Under the pieces are notes generated by a model. The model saw nothing but the letters and a program-made list of their open reading frames with translations. It was not told the origin of the DNA and did no database searches. A stretch of 35,490 bases of DNA. Origin: a virus (taxonomy: Duplodnaviria > Caudoviricetes). The stretch lies in the IMG/VR virus record IMGVR_UViG_3300028586_000746, positions 1-35,490 of that record; one strand, given 5' to 3'. Positions within the stretch are counted from its first letter, which is position 1, and every line of letters begins with the position of its first letter. Both the position numbers and the translations under genes were made by a program. Shown here piece by piece: positions 18,374 through 27,482 of the stretch.

Positions 18374-19042
18374 TCAGCGGCGGGCTGCTGCCTGTTTTTT
18401 CATTTCAGTGGCCAGCCGCTCTATGTCCTTGACGACGCCGCAGCGGTCATGCAGCTGCAGCGCCCGTGTTAAGTGGCTCATCGCCTCCTGAGTCCTGCCC
18501 GCATCGCGAAGCGCATACCCGGTGATTTTGTGCAGCTTGGCGCGCACCTGGTCCGGCATGTCTTCGGATTCCGTCAGCGCAAGGGTGGCCAGCAGCGGCT
18601 CAATATCGACCGGCGCCTTTGCCGTCCAGGCGCGGGTCGCGGCGCTGGCCACCTCCTCGGCGAGCAGGTAGGCCGTGGCGTCACGCTTAAAGCCGTCGGG
18701 CGGCACCAGCCCGTGCGTCAGGGCGTACCGGGCAATCTCCAGCGCGCCCGGCACGTCGCCCGCGTCCAGCCGCCAGATCATGACGGTCATCAGCACGGCG
18801 TCCTGTGCGCCCCTGCCCCGGCTCAGCACGCCCGACACCCACGGCAGGTACTCCGGCAGCATCTGCTGCTTGAGTTCCGCCTTGCGCTCGGTTGAGCGCA
18901 CCTTTTTCAGGCGGCGCCTGTCGTCGTTGAGCTTCATCAGCATCAGCTCGTAGCCGCTGGCGTGGCGCAGCGGGTTGTCGGCCTTCTGCGAGGCATCAAT
19001 GGCCTGCTGGCGCATGCGGTGACGTCGGGCAGGACTCAACAT
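18374..19042 (-). CDS. M: Terminase small (endonuclease) subunit M
   Basis: MLSPARRH, VMIWRLDAGD, DMPDQVRAKLHK, GVVKDIERL. Confidence 0.92.
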   Translation of the reverse strand: MLSPARRHRMRQQAIDASQKADNPLRHASGYELMLMKLNDDRRRLKKVRSTERKAELKQQMLPEYLPWVSGVLSRGRGAQDAVLMTVMIWRLDAGDVPGALEIARYALTHGLVPPDGFKRDATAYLLAEEVASAATRAWTAKAPVDIEPLLATLALTESEDMPDQVRAKLHKITGYALRDAGRTQEAMSHLTRALQLHDRCGVVKDIERLATEMKKQAAARR

Positions 19043-19045
19043 GCG

Positions 19046-20122
19046 TTACGCCTCCGGGGTGGCCGCTTGTGGCGCCTTCACGGTCGTGAAGTCACCCAGC
19101 ACGATATTTTCAATCAGGCATCCGGCCGCGTAGTCCTCGATCACGTAGTCCTCGTTAATCGATTCGTAGTTTTCGATGCGGTCGCGCTTCGGCACCTCGT
19201 CGATCATCCGGCGGTGGGTGCCCTCCTGGAAATAAATCGACAGGTTATCGAGACGGGTAACCATCAGGGCGTCGGCCGGGAAGTACGGCACGCGCACCGC
19301 GGGCAGGTTGCCGATGCGCTTCTGGCTGATGATCAGGTCGGCGGCCAGCGCCTCGGTGTTCGCCTGAGACTGATTGACCAGCGGGAAGTACTTGTCGGCC
19401 AGCAGCTGACGGCCGCAGATCACAACCAGCTCCGGGTCTTCCTGATACCACGGCTCAATCAGGGTGTTGGTGCTGTCCATCACCAGCGCGTCGAGGTTGG
19501 CGTAGTCGCCGCCCCTGCCGATGCGGACCGTCTCCGAGACCACGCTGCCGTCGTCGGCCAGCACCCTGCTCAGCACGCGTTCCGGGGCGTGGTCGCGGTA
19601 CTTCTGCAGCCAGCCCACGGCCACGTCCTGCAGCATCGGATACTTGGCGCGGTTTGAGGTTTTGGCGCGCTGCACGCCGTTAAAGCCGATCATGATGCGG
19701 TCAAGGCTCTGCCGCTTCACGATGGCGTCGCGCAGGCGGCTCTGAAAGTCCTCATAGCGCGCCCACAGGTCGAGCGTGTTGTAGCGAATGTGAAAGTCGT
19801 AGTTGACCTGCACGCACTCGTAGCCGTTGCTGTCCAGCGCAGCAAAGTCGGCGGTTTCGCGCTCGTCGCCGCCCGCCGTGTCGGTGGTGCTGGCAATCGA
19901 GCCGCTCACGCCGATGCCGATTTTCTCGCCCTTCATTTCGGAGACCGGCACGACGTTGATGCGGGTCAGGAAGTCGGACGACTCCTGCACGCGGTTCATC
20001 AGCGTCTGCGTCACCGACGGCTCGACGGTGAATTTCTTGTTCATGTCGTCGGCCTCAATGCCGTTCAGCTCGGCGAGGCGGGACATAAAGGCGTTAAATT
20101 TAAAGCGGGTGTTCTTACGCAT
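19046..20122 (-). CDS. N: Major capsid protein N (P2 family)
   Basis: KFTVEPSVTQTL, LDRIMIGFNG, PMLQDVAVGWLQK, LDNLSIY. Confidence 0.95.
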   Translation of the reverse strand: MRKNTRFKFNAFMSRLAELNGIEADDMNKKFTVEPSVTQTLMNRVQESSDFLTRINVVPVSEMKGEKIGIGVSGSIASTTDTAGGDERETADFAALDSNGYECVQVNYDFHIRYNTLDLWARYEDFQSRLRDAIVKRQSLDRIMIGFNGVQRAKTSNRAKYPMLQDVAVGWLQKYRDHAPERVLSRVLADDGSVVSETVRIGRGGDYANLDALVMDSTNTLIEPWYQEDPELVVICGRQLLADKYFPLVNQSQANTEALAADLIISQKRIGNLPAVRVPYFPADALMVTRLDNLSIYFQEGTHRRMIDEVPKRDRIENYESINEDYVIEDYAAGCLIENIVLGDFTTVKAPQAATPEA

Positions 20123-20170
20123 GTTAGGGCGTTCCTGTTCTGTGGAGGTGTGGTTTCAGGCGGCGCCTGA

Positions 20171-21016
20171 TTAGCAGTCGGTCTGCGTCCCGGCCTTCGG
20201 GTCGCTGCCGGTTGCGGCCGGTCGGCGGCTGAAGCTGCCGTCGGTGGTTTCGAGCTGGCCCTGCAGCGCGGCAAACGCGGCGCGGTCTTCCCCGGCCTGC
20301 TGCTCGATGGCCTCAAGGCGTCCGGTCAGTGCGCTTTCCAGCGCGGACAGCTTTTGCGCCTGGCTCTCCGCGTTCAGCTGCACCTGCTCCGCCACGGCCG
20401 TCACCGCCGCGCCAACGTCGGCAAACTGCTCGCCGCTGGCCTTTTTCTGGCCGGTGAACATGGCGGAAATGCGCGCCAGCAGGGACGGCGCCGGGTCGGC
20501 CACGTCCTCAAACTCGATCACGGTCTCTTCGGCGGCGGTGAACAGGTTGCCCCTGTCCTGCTTGCGGGACGCCAGCGGGTTAGCCTTTGCGGTGGCGCTG
20601 AAGCTCAGAATTTCGGTGCCGAGGCTCGCCGGGTCGTCGGTCACGGCGAGGCCAACCAGGTACGCCTCGCCGGTGTCGGCAAACGTCGGGTTGACCTCAA
20701 TCGAGGTGTAAATTTTCTGGCGGGACCGGGTCAGCTCCACCAGTTCCGGCGTCGGGTCAATCCAGCCGAAAAGCGCCAGCTTTCCCTTCAGCGCACCGTC
20801 GGCAATTTCCTCAGCCTCAACGGCGGTCACGTCGCCAAAGCGGCGGAAGGTGCTGTCGGCGGCGTAGCCGCGGATGTGCTCCATGTTGATGCGGGCGCCG
20901 TAAACCGCAGGGTCGTAGTTCGCGGCCATCTGCGAGATCCAGTCGCGCGAAATCTCGCGGCCGTCGGTGGTTGCGCCTTCAACTGCGATGCGAAAACGCT
21001 TTGCTTTAGTTGCCAT
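20171..21016 (-). CDS. O: Capsid scaffolding protein/protease O
   Basis: FRIAVEGATTDGR, YLVGLAVTDDPASLGTE. Confidence 0.94.
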   Translation of the reverse strand: MATKAKRFRIAVEGATTDGREISRDWISQMAANYDPAVYGARINMEHIRGYAADSTFRRFGDVTAVEAEEIADGALKGKLALFGWIDPTPELVELTRSRQKIYTSIEVNPTFADTGEAYLVGLAVTDDPASLGTEILSFSATAKANPLASRKQDRGNLFTAAEETVIEFEDVADPAPSLLARISAMFTGQKKASGEQFADVGAAVTAVAEQVQLNAESQAQKLSALESALTGRLEAIEQQAGEDRAAFAALQGQLETTDGSFSRRPAATGSDPKAGTQTDC

Positions 21017-21098
21017 TAATCAGGCTCCGGTCAGTGGGTTGGTTCAGGTCGGGGCCAGTTTCTCCGCCCCGCTCCTTTCCCTCAACGAAAGCCAGCCC

Positions 21099-21119
21099 GC
21101 TCAGCCCTCAGCAAACAGG
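21099..21119 (+). promoter_or_regulatory. Putative late promoter upstream element (PP)
   Basis: GCTCAGCCCTCAGCAAACAGG, 32 bp from GCAAAC to -10 TAGCCT. Confidence 0.5.
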
Positions 21120-21161
21120 GACCGCGGGCGCGGCGTTTTGGCCACCGGTAGCCTTATGGCC

Positions 21162-22925
21162 ATGAACATGACACCGACAACCACCATCAGCGATCCGCGC
21201 CGTCAGGCCGCGCTGCTTTACTGGCAGGGATATTCCGTGCGCCAGATTGCGGAGACGCTCAAACAGAAAACGCCGACCGTGCAGAGCTGGAAGCTGCGCG
21301 ACGCGTGGGACGACGTTGCGCCCATCAGTCGCGTGGAGTTCAGCCTGGAGGCGCGGCTTACGCAGCTCATTCTTAAGGACGTCAAGGGGGGAAGTGACTA
21401 CAAGGAGATCGACCTGCTCGGCCGACAGATTGAGCGGCTGGCCCGCGTGGAGCGCTACCGCAGCTCGGGCAACGAGGCGGATTTAAATCCCAACGTGCGC
21501 AACCGCAACCGGGGCGAGCGCCAGCCGGTCGTGAAAAACGAGTTCAGCGAGGAGCAGACCGCCAGGCTGACCGGGCTGTTTATGGACGCCTGCTTTGAGT
21601 ACCAGCTCAACTGGCACCGCGCCGGGCTGGCGCACCGCATCCGCAACATCCTCAAGTCGCGCCAGATTGGGGCCACGTTCTACTTTGCCCGCGAGGCGCT
21701 GATTGATGCGCTGACCACCGGCCGCAACCAGATATTTCTCTCCGCCAGCAAGGCGCAGGCGCACGTCTTTAAAAACTACATCATCGACTTTGCCCGGCAG
21801 GTTGACGTTGACCTGAAGGGCGATCCGATTGTGCTGCCGAACGGCGCCCGCCTGATATTTCTCGGCACCAACGTGCGCACCGCGCAGAGCTACACCGGCA
21901 ACCTGTACCTAGATGAATATTTCTGGATACCGAAGTTTCAGGAGCTGCGCAAGGTGGCCAGCGGCATGTCGCTGCACAAGAAGTGGCGCACCACCTATTT
22001 TTCCACCCCGTCGAGCCTGTCGCACAGCGCCTATCCGTTCTGGTCGGGCGCGCTGTTTAACAAGGGGCGCAGCAGTAAGGAAGACCGGATCGAAATTGAC
22101 CTGTCGCACTCGCACCTGGCGAAAGGCGCGCTGTGCGACGACGGCCAGTGGCGCCAGATTGTCACGGTCGAGGACGCGCTGACCGGCGGCTGTAACCTGT
22201 TTGACATTAACCAGCTGCAGCTTGAGTACGGCCCGTCGGAGTACGACAACCTGCTGATGTGCGAGTTTGTGGACGACGAGGCGAGCGTGTTCCCGTTCAA
22301 AGAGCTGCAGACCTGCATGATCGACAGCCTGGAGGAGTGGGAAGACTTCAATCCGTACGCCCTGCGCCCGTTTGAGTACCGGCCGGTGTGGATTGGTTAC
22401 GATCCGTCACACACCGGGGACAGCGCGGGCTGCGCCGTAATTGCGCCGCCGGTCGTGGCGGGCGGCAAGTTTCGCGTGCTGGAGCGCCATCAGTGGCGCG
22501 GCATGGACTTCGCCGCGCAGGCGAAATCGATTGAGGAGCTGACGCGCAAGTACACCGTGGAGTATATCGGCGTGGACGCCACCGGCATCGGCCAGGGCGT
22601 TTTTCAGCTGGTCCGCCAGTTCTTCCCTGCCGCACGGGAAATCCGCTATTCGCCCGAGGTGAAGACCGCGATGGTGCTGAAGGCAAAGGACACCATCGGC
22701 AGCGGCCGCCTGGAGTACGACGCCGGGCACACCGACATCACGCAGTCGTTTATGGCCATTCGCAAGACCATGACCGCCAGCGGCAACCGCTCCACCTATG
22801 AGGCCAGCCGCAGCGAGGACGCCAGCCACGCCGACGTCGCCTGGGCGATTATGCACGCCCTACTCAATGAACCGCTGACCGCCGCCAGCGGCGGCGCCAA
22901 CCCTTCAATTCTGGAATTTTACTGA
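21162..22925 (+). CDS. P: Terminase large (ATPase) subunit P
   Basis: LKSRQIGAT Walker A, LYLDEYFW Walker B, GYDPS nuclease motif, HADVAWA; start could be 21156, 21162 or 21168. Confidence 0.94.
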   Translation: MNMTPTTTISDPRRQAALLYWQGYSVRQIAETLKQKTPTVQSWKLRDAWDDVAPISRVEFSLEARLTQLILKDVKGGSDYKEIDLLGRQIERLARVERYRSSGNEADLNPNVRNRNRGERQPVVKNEFSEEQTARLTGLFMDACFEYQLNWHRAGLAHRIRNILKSRQIGATFYFAREALIDALTTGRNQIFLSASKAQAHVFKNYIIDFARQVDVDLKGDPIVLPNGARLIFLGTNVRTAQSYTGNLYLDEYFWIPKFQELRKVASGMSLHKKWRTTYFSTPSSLSHSAYPFWSGALFNKGRSSKEDRIEIDLSHSHLAKGALCDDGQWRQIVTVEDALTGGCNLFDINQLQLEYGPSEYDNLLMCEFVDDEASVFPFKELQTCMIDSLEEWEDFNPYALRPFEYRPVWIGYDPSHTGDSAGCAVIAPPVVAGGKFRVLERHQWRGMDFAAQAKSIEELTRKYTVEYIGVDATGIGQGVFQLVRQFFPAAREIRYSPEVKTAMVLKAKDTIGSGRLEYDAGHTDITQSFMAIRKTMTASGNRSTYEASRSEDASHADVAWAIMHALLNEPLTAASGGANPSILEFY

Positions 22926-23965
22926 TGAGCAAACGCAGCCGGAAGGCATACAAAGCACAACCCCAGTCCGCACACCCCGTCGCGCCGCAGCCGGTCGAGG
23001 CGTTCACCTTCGGCGAGCCGACGCCGGTCATGGATAAGCGCGACATTCTGGATTACGCGGAGTGCATCGGCAACGGCCGCTGGTACGAGCCGCCGGTCAG
23101 TTTTCACGGGCTGGCCAAGAGCCTGCGATCGGCCGTTCATCACAGCTCGCCGATTTACGTGAAGCGCAATATTCTGGCCTCAACGTTTATCCCCCACCCG
23201 ATAATGAGCCAGCAGGAGTTCAGCAAGTTCGCGCTGGATTACCTGGTGTTTGGCAACGCCTTTGCCGAGCTGCGCCGCAATGGCCTCGGCAGGCCGCTCC
23301 GGCTGGAGACCACCCCCGCCAAGTTTACCCGCAAGGGGGTTGAGGATGGCGTGTACTGGTTCGTGAACGACTGGAAGGAGCCGCACGAGTTTGCGGCCGG
23401 CAGCGTGTTCCACCTTATCGAACCGGACATTAATCAGGAGCTGTACGGCCTGCCGGAATACCTTAGCGCGCTTAACTCCGCCTGGCTGAATGAGGCGGCG
23501 ACGCTGTTTCGCCGCAAGTATTACCAGAACGGGGCGCACGCGGGTTATATCCTCTACATGACCGACGCGGCGCAGAGCAGCAGCGACGTGGATCGGATGC
23601 GTCAGGCAATGCGCGACACTAAAGGCCTGGGCAATTTCCGCAACCTGTTTATGTACGCCCCGAACGGCAAGCCGGACGGCATCAAAATCCTGCCGCTCAG
23701 CGAGGTGGCCACAAAGGATGATTTCTTTAACATCAAAAAATCCAGCCGGGACGATTTGCTAAGCGCGCACCGTGTGCCGCCTCAGATGATGGGGATTATC
23801 CCGGATAACTCAGGCGGCTTCGGGGATGTGGTGAAGGCGGCGCAGGTTTTTGTAAGAAACGAACTGACACCTCTGCAGGAGCGCCTGAAAGAGTTGAACA
23901 ACTGGTTGGGCGAGGATGTGATCGCTTTCAGACCATATTCATTAGAGATAAATATGTCAAACTAA
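22925..23965 (+). CDS. Q: Portal protein Q (PBSX family)
   Basis: EAFTFGEP, YGLPEY, FRRKYYQNGAHAG, AHRVPPQMMG. Confidence 0.95.
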   Translation: MSKRSRKAYKAQPQSAHPVAPQPVEAFTFGEPTPVMDKRDILDYAECIGNGRWYEPPVSFHGLAKSLRSAVHHSSPIYVKRNILASTFIPHPIMSQQEFSKFALDYLVFGNAFAELRRNGLGRPLRLETTPAKFTRKGVEDGVYWFVNDWKEPHEFAAGSVFHLIEPDINQELYGLPEYLSALNSAWLNEAATLFRRKYYQNGAHAGYILYMTDAAQSSSDVDRMRQAMRDTKGLGNFRNLFMYAPNGKPDGIKILPLSEVATKDDFFNIKKSSRDDLLSAHRVPPQMMGIIPDNSGGFGDVVKAAQVFVRNELTPLQERLKELNNWLGEDVIAFRPYSLEINMSN

Positions 23966-24087
23966 TGATTAGAATCTTCATATTCAATGCACTATCAGCT
24001 TAAATTCAATAATTTTCTAAATGTTTTTACGTTCTGAAAATGAAAATTATTGGATAAGTTTAATCTTTTTAATAAAAACATTAATTT

Positions 24088-24115
24088 AATTCTGGCATAG
24101 TGAGCCAGAATTTTT
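24088..24115 (+). terminator. Intrinsic terminator after the portal gene
   Basis: AATTCTGGC-ATAGTGA-GCCAGAATT then TTT. Confidence 0.6.
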
Positions 24116-24264
24116 AGTGTTTATTTATGCCAACCCTCGAATAAGATTAGCGCTAAATATTAGCGCTAGCTCATCAACGACAGTCATTAAACTCAAAAAA
24201 TTTCTTCACATCAAATCATAGAATCTCAATAAAACCAAACGGATGCGGATCTTATTCATCCATA

Positions 24265-25254
24265 TTAAGAAACCCTGCTCAGTGCTACGCTTACATCCAT
24301 AGCCATACTTGTTATTATTTTCCAATCAAGTGGCCATTCAGCTTCAACCGCACTTTTTTTACGCCTAATCAACCAATAGACAAATATTATTACGCTCTGC
24401 ATATAGAACTTGTTTTTTACAGACTTCTCTTTAATAACATCAACAAGGTATGAATTACCTGCAAGAAACCGTAACAAATCTTCTTCAAGCCTATCATTAA
24501 TTAAATGCTTAAAGGCATCCAAAATAATAATTGTAGAATTTAGCTTAATAGGATCGAGGCCAATTACTTCGATAAAAATTGAGTCTAGAGTTGATTCAAC
24601 ATCCGAAACTTCTTTAGACTCTGTCTTTTTTACAACATCTAAGAAAAATTCATCAGCTGTTTCAATAAATGCCATTGTTTTAGCAACCGTACGAGCAACA
24701 TCCGGTTCGACTAAGGTTTTCTTTTTATATATAGCATCATGTGTTAATTCCGCATAAGCATGCTGAAGTAAAGAGCGAACTTGAACTTCACAAGGTGTAT
24801 TTTCTTTTATTACAACTTTATCAGCAACAATAGCTTGGCAATTTCTTATTATAAAATGATGTGATTGGTAGGTGAAAAGCATAGGGGATAAAATACGTTC
24901 TTCGTTATAATTTCTACATTGTATCGCATTCCAGCCCATGGTCTCAGAGACATGCATAATAACATCGCAAACTTTCTCTGCATCCGTCTGGAGCATCACA
25001 ACAAAACGCACACCCACCTTATCTTCAATATCATCGTAAGGATCCTGATAGTTCTTATTACGATAAAAAGCTTTGTCAATAAGGGAATTGACGTCCTTTA
25101 CACGGTGTTCCACCGGAATTTTAAGAAAATCTTTAAGATCAATATTTAGGTCAGTTCGAAGAGATAAAGATATTGAATCCGAAATAAGCTGCCCCCATGC
25201 ATTATACATGGTTTTTTCAGCACACCAGCGTTCACGGAATTCAATCTCATTCAT
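24265..25254 (-). CDS. RelA/SpoT-domain small alarmone synthetase-like protein with C-terminal extension, 329 aa
   Basis: RVKDVNSLIDK, EDKVGVRF, YQSHHF, EVQVRSLLQHAYAELTHDAIY; TAATG coupling to the upstream gene. Confidence 0.88.
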   Translation of the reverse strand: MNEIEFRERWCAEKTMYNAWGQLISDSISLSLRTDLNIDLKDFLKIPVEHRVKDVNSLIDKAFYRNKNYQDPYDDIEDKVGVRFVVMLQTDAEKVCDVIMHVSETMGWNAIQCRNYNEERILSPMLFTYQSHHFIIRNCQAIVADKVVIKENTPCEVQVRSLLQHAYAELTHDAIYKKKTLVEPDVARTVAKTMAFIETADEFFLDVVKKTESKEVSDVESTLDSIFIEVIGLDPIKLNSTIIILDAFKHLINDRLEEDLLRFLAGNSYLVDVIKEKSVKNKFYMQSVIIFVYWLIRRKKSAVEAEWPLDWKIITSMAMDVSVALSRVS

Positions 25255-26342
25255 TATTGGTCTACAATCTCATCTTTAACAATAATTTTCGTCCAAGTAG
25301 ATTTTTTCCCATTTGTATCAGGTTCCCCTATTACTGTTTCAATAGTGACAAACTCTTCAAATATCTCAGACGGTGCGCTAATACGAATATTCTTACTGAA
25401 TTTTACACGTCTATTTTTCAATTTGCTAGTTATATACTCTATGTCTTTAATAAAAGGGGCAACTTGAAAATTAGCATCCTCAAGATGATTTCTAAAGTTA
25501 TCAATATCATCTGTGGACATATATGCGCCAGCAAATGCCATGGGGTCTATTTTTTGAGATTTTCCTGATTTGAGTTGCGCATAGAGAACGTTGTGCAAAT
25601 CACTACGCTCCTCGTTCGGAATATTCATTTTATTAATAAAACCACACGCAAGCTCAAAGTATGCTTTAGTTGTTCTGGCGCTTGATAATGGGTAATCGCA
25701 CCCTAAAAATGTTTGATAAAAATACTGTGCGGCTGCTTTCCCGTCAGATTTGTCAATCTGATAATCTGATATGTGAACTATCCACTTTTGCGCAAGAGAG
25801 CTATCATTGTCTAAACCTTCTCTTTTAAAAAATCCTGCCGATTTGTAAAGCCTTGTTGATGGTGTAAGTAGGAGTTCCTTAACATGCTTGAGGGATATTA
25901 TTCCAGTACTCGCATCCAGTTTTTTTTCATAACCACTATATAGATCAGCCTTTATAATACCAACAAAGGGTAATTTATTATACTGATATGTGGCGCTGAA
26001 AATGACAATTATGCCGCCAGATATTCCTCTGCGTGTCTGAGCCTTAGACAAATTCTTAGCAATTTCATAGCTGGTAGTAATGAAATTTTTTTCATCGCAG
26101 TCACATAGATTATCAATATAAAATGGCGTACCCCCACTTTTATTGTCTGTGATTACCATCTCAACTGCAGATGAGTCATAGCCGAGAGAGTTATAAATAC
26201 GCTGCTTAAAGTCGCTCAATGCGTCATTATCGAACTTAATGAGTTCTGTACCTTTACCAGGAGGAATTTCTTTACCATCCTCTCCACGGGGAAATACTTG
26301 ATGGATGGCAATTTTATCAATATTCAACTGTACAAAATTCAT
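25254..26342 (-). CDS. NdpA/YejK-like (37-kDa nucleoid-associated) family protein, 362 aa
   Basis: IDKIAIHQV start, ISGGIIVI, GIIKAD, RLYKSAGF, AQYFYQTFLGC...RTTKAYF pattern; start re-assigned to MNFVQL. Confidence 0.65.
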   Translation of the reverse strand: MNFVQLNIDKIAIHQVFPRGEDGKEIPPGKGTELIKFDNDALSDFKQRIYNSLGYDSSAVEMVITDNKSGGTPFYIDNLCDCDEKNFITTSYEIAKNLSKAQTRRGISGGIIVIFSATYQYNKLPFVGIIKADLYSGYEKKLDASTGIISLKHVKELLLTPSTRLYKSAGFFKREGLDNDSSLAQKWIVHISDYQIDKSDGKAAAQYFYQTFLGCDYPLSSARTTKAYFELACGFINKMNIPNEERSDLHNVLYAQLKSGKSQKIDPMAFAGAYMSTDDIDNFRNHLEDANFQVAPFIKDIEYITSKLKNRRVKFSKNIRISAPSEIFEEFVTIETVIGEPDTNGKKSTWTKIIVKDEIVDQ

Positions 26343-26352
26343 AAATAGGCTC

Positions 26353-26814
26353 TTAAATATCAGCAGGTTTTTGAGGAGCTTCAGAGGCAGCGCTATAAAT
26401 TTGCGCCCAATTATCGGTATCTTGTTCCCAAACGGACTGGTAATTTTTAAAAAGTTCTCGCACTCTAGGTAAATGCTCTTCACCATCTTTTAAAATTCTC
26501 AGTTCATTTTCAATACGATACAAGCCAAATAACGTCGATTTTTGCCGCACGTAGAGTTTTTTATAATCAAAAACGACCATCCAGCCATTTACGAGCGTAA
26601 GTACTAAGCCTAGGCAAAGTGCTATATTCTTTTGAGCAACAGTATGTCCAGGCAAGTCTAAACCTACCGTAACAGTAATAGCTGCACTAAAAGCAATAGA
26701 TCCCGCAGTAATCCATTGAAAAAAAAGCTTGTTTGATCTGCACTTAGGTTTGAGCTTTATGATCTTTTCACTGATCATTTCAAGCAGTATCGTTCTCTCT
26801 GATTTATTTGTCAT
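26353..26814 (-). CDS. SLATT/DUF4231-like two-TM membrane protein, 153 aa
   Basis: Two TM helices (FFQWITAGSIAFSAAITVTVGL; IALCLGLVLTLVNGWMVVF) followed by DYKKLYVRQKSTLFGLYRIENEL helix. Confidence 0.65.
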   Translation of the reverse strand: MTNKSERTILLEMISEKIIKLKPKCRSNKLFFQWITAGSIAFSAAITVTVGLDLPGHTVAQKNIALCLGLVLTLVNGWMVVFDYKKLYVRQKSTLFGLYRIENELRILKDGEEHLPRVRELFKNYQSVWEQDTDNWAQIYSAASEAPQKPADI

Positions 26815-26827
26815 AGCGTCCTGAATG

Positions 26828-26950
26828 AATATAAAACTTCCGTTGACTGGGTCAATATGAAAACGATTATGCCATTGATTTCAAATGATTATTTAAATTT
26901 CCCAGATGCGCATGAAGCTTAATCATCACTTCCGCTAATGAAACTGTCAA
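26828..26950 (-). promoter_or_regulatory. Two candidate sigma70 promoters for the SLATT-NdpA-SAS operon
   Basis: TTGACA-17bp-GATGAT (26950-26922) and TTGACC-16bp-TATATT (26855-26828). Confidence 0.45.
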
Positions 26951-27073
26951 TATTTATATCAGTAAATTCCTAAAAATCACCCTCATTTTGCTTATGACTT
27001 TATCTAAAATCCTCCTGTGCGCTTTCATTTTACTCAGCTCAGAGTACTTATGAACATACCTCCTCAGCGCGCA

Positions 27074-27092
27074 ATGCTATCCCCGCCACGCC
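27074..27092 (-). other. cos site (19-nt cohesive end)
   Basis: GGCGTGGCGGGGATAGCAT, close to the 186/P2 cos GGCG(T/A)GGCGGGGAAAGCA(T/C); flanked by ATGCA/CATG-rich tract. Confidence 0.88.
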
Positions 27093-27226
27093 TGCCCGCT
27101 TTATGCATCGCTTTTCATGCAACTGCATGCCCTGCCCGGAGCCTTGCCAGCACTGACGTTTAAAGCGATTTGTGATCCTGTCTGGATCATGCAAAACCAT
27201 GCACGCACATGCGCAGTCATCATATG

Positions 27227-27253
27227 AAAAAAGCCACCTCAAAAAGGTGGCCT
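27227..27253 (-). terminator. Intrinsic terminator after tum
   Basis: Minus strand AGGCCACCT-TTTTG-AGGTGGCTTTTTT. Confidence 0.75.
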
Positions 27254-27281
27254 CAGTCATACAAATCTCTAACGAAAGCAA

Positions 27282-27458
27282 CTATTCGACATGGTAGAAA
27301 ATCTTGTTCTGAAGGGTAGCCGTATCGATAGTTCCAGCCATATCACTAATCATCGACAGTGCCATTTTTAATTCATCTGATTTGCACTGCGCGACAAGTG
27401 ATACATCCGCCACAAATTGAATACGTGCAATAGTCTCGCTTAGTTTATCAATATCCAT
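27282..27458 (-). CDS. tum: Tum-like SOS antirepressor, 58 aa (absent from ORF track)
   Basis: MDIDKLSETIARIQFVADVSLVAQCKSDELKMALSMISDMAGTIDTATLQNKIFYHVE; AGGAGG RBS; LexA box upstream; position after A as in phage 186. Confidence 0.75.
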   Translation of the reverse strand: MDIDKLSETIARIQFVADVSLVAQCKSDELKMALSMISDMAGTIDTATLQNKIFYHVE

Positions 27459-27482
27459 CAGTTGGTTACCTCCTACCTGTAA

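Noticed and set aside
20967-21161. N-terminal extension of terminase P
   Set aside because: Overlaps gene O and the divergent late promoter region
23966-24264. Retron ncRNA or type III antitoxin repeat array
   Set aside because: No reverse transcriptase and no tandem repeat array; only two hairpins
26343-26486. 48-aa extension of the NdpA-like ORF
   Set aside because: Overlaps the SLATT-like gene; an ATG with AAGAG RBS lies at 26342
27048-27281. 77-aa Cys-rich ORF
   Set aside because: Spans the terminator and cos; composition reflects TGCA/CATG repeats of the packaging region
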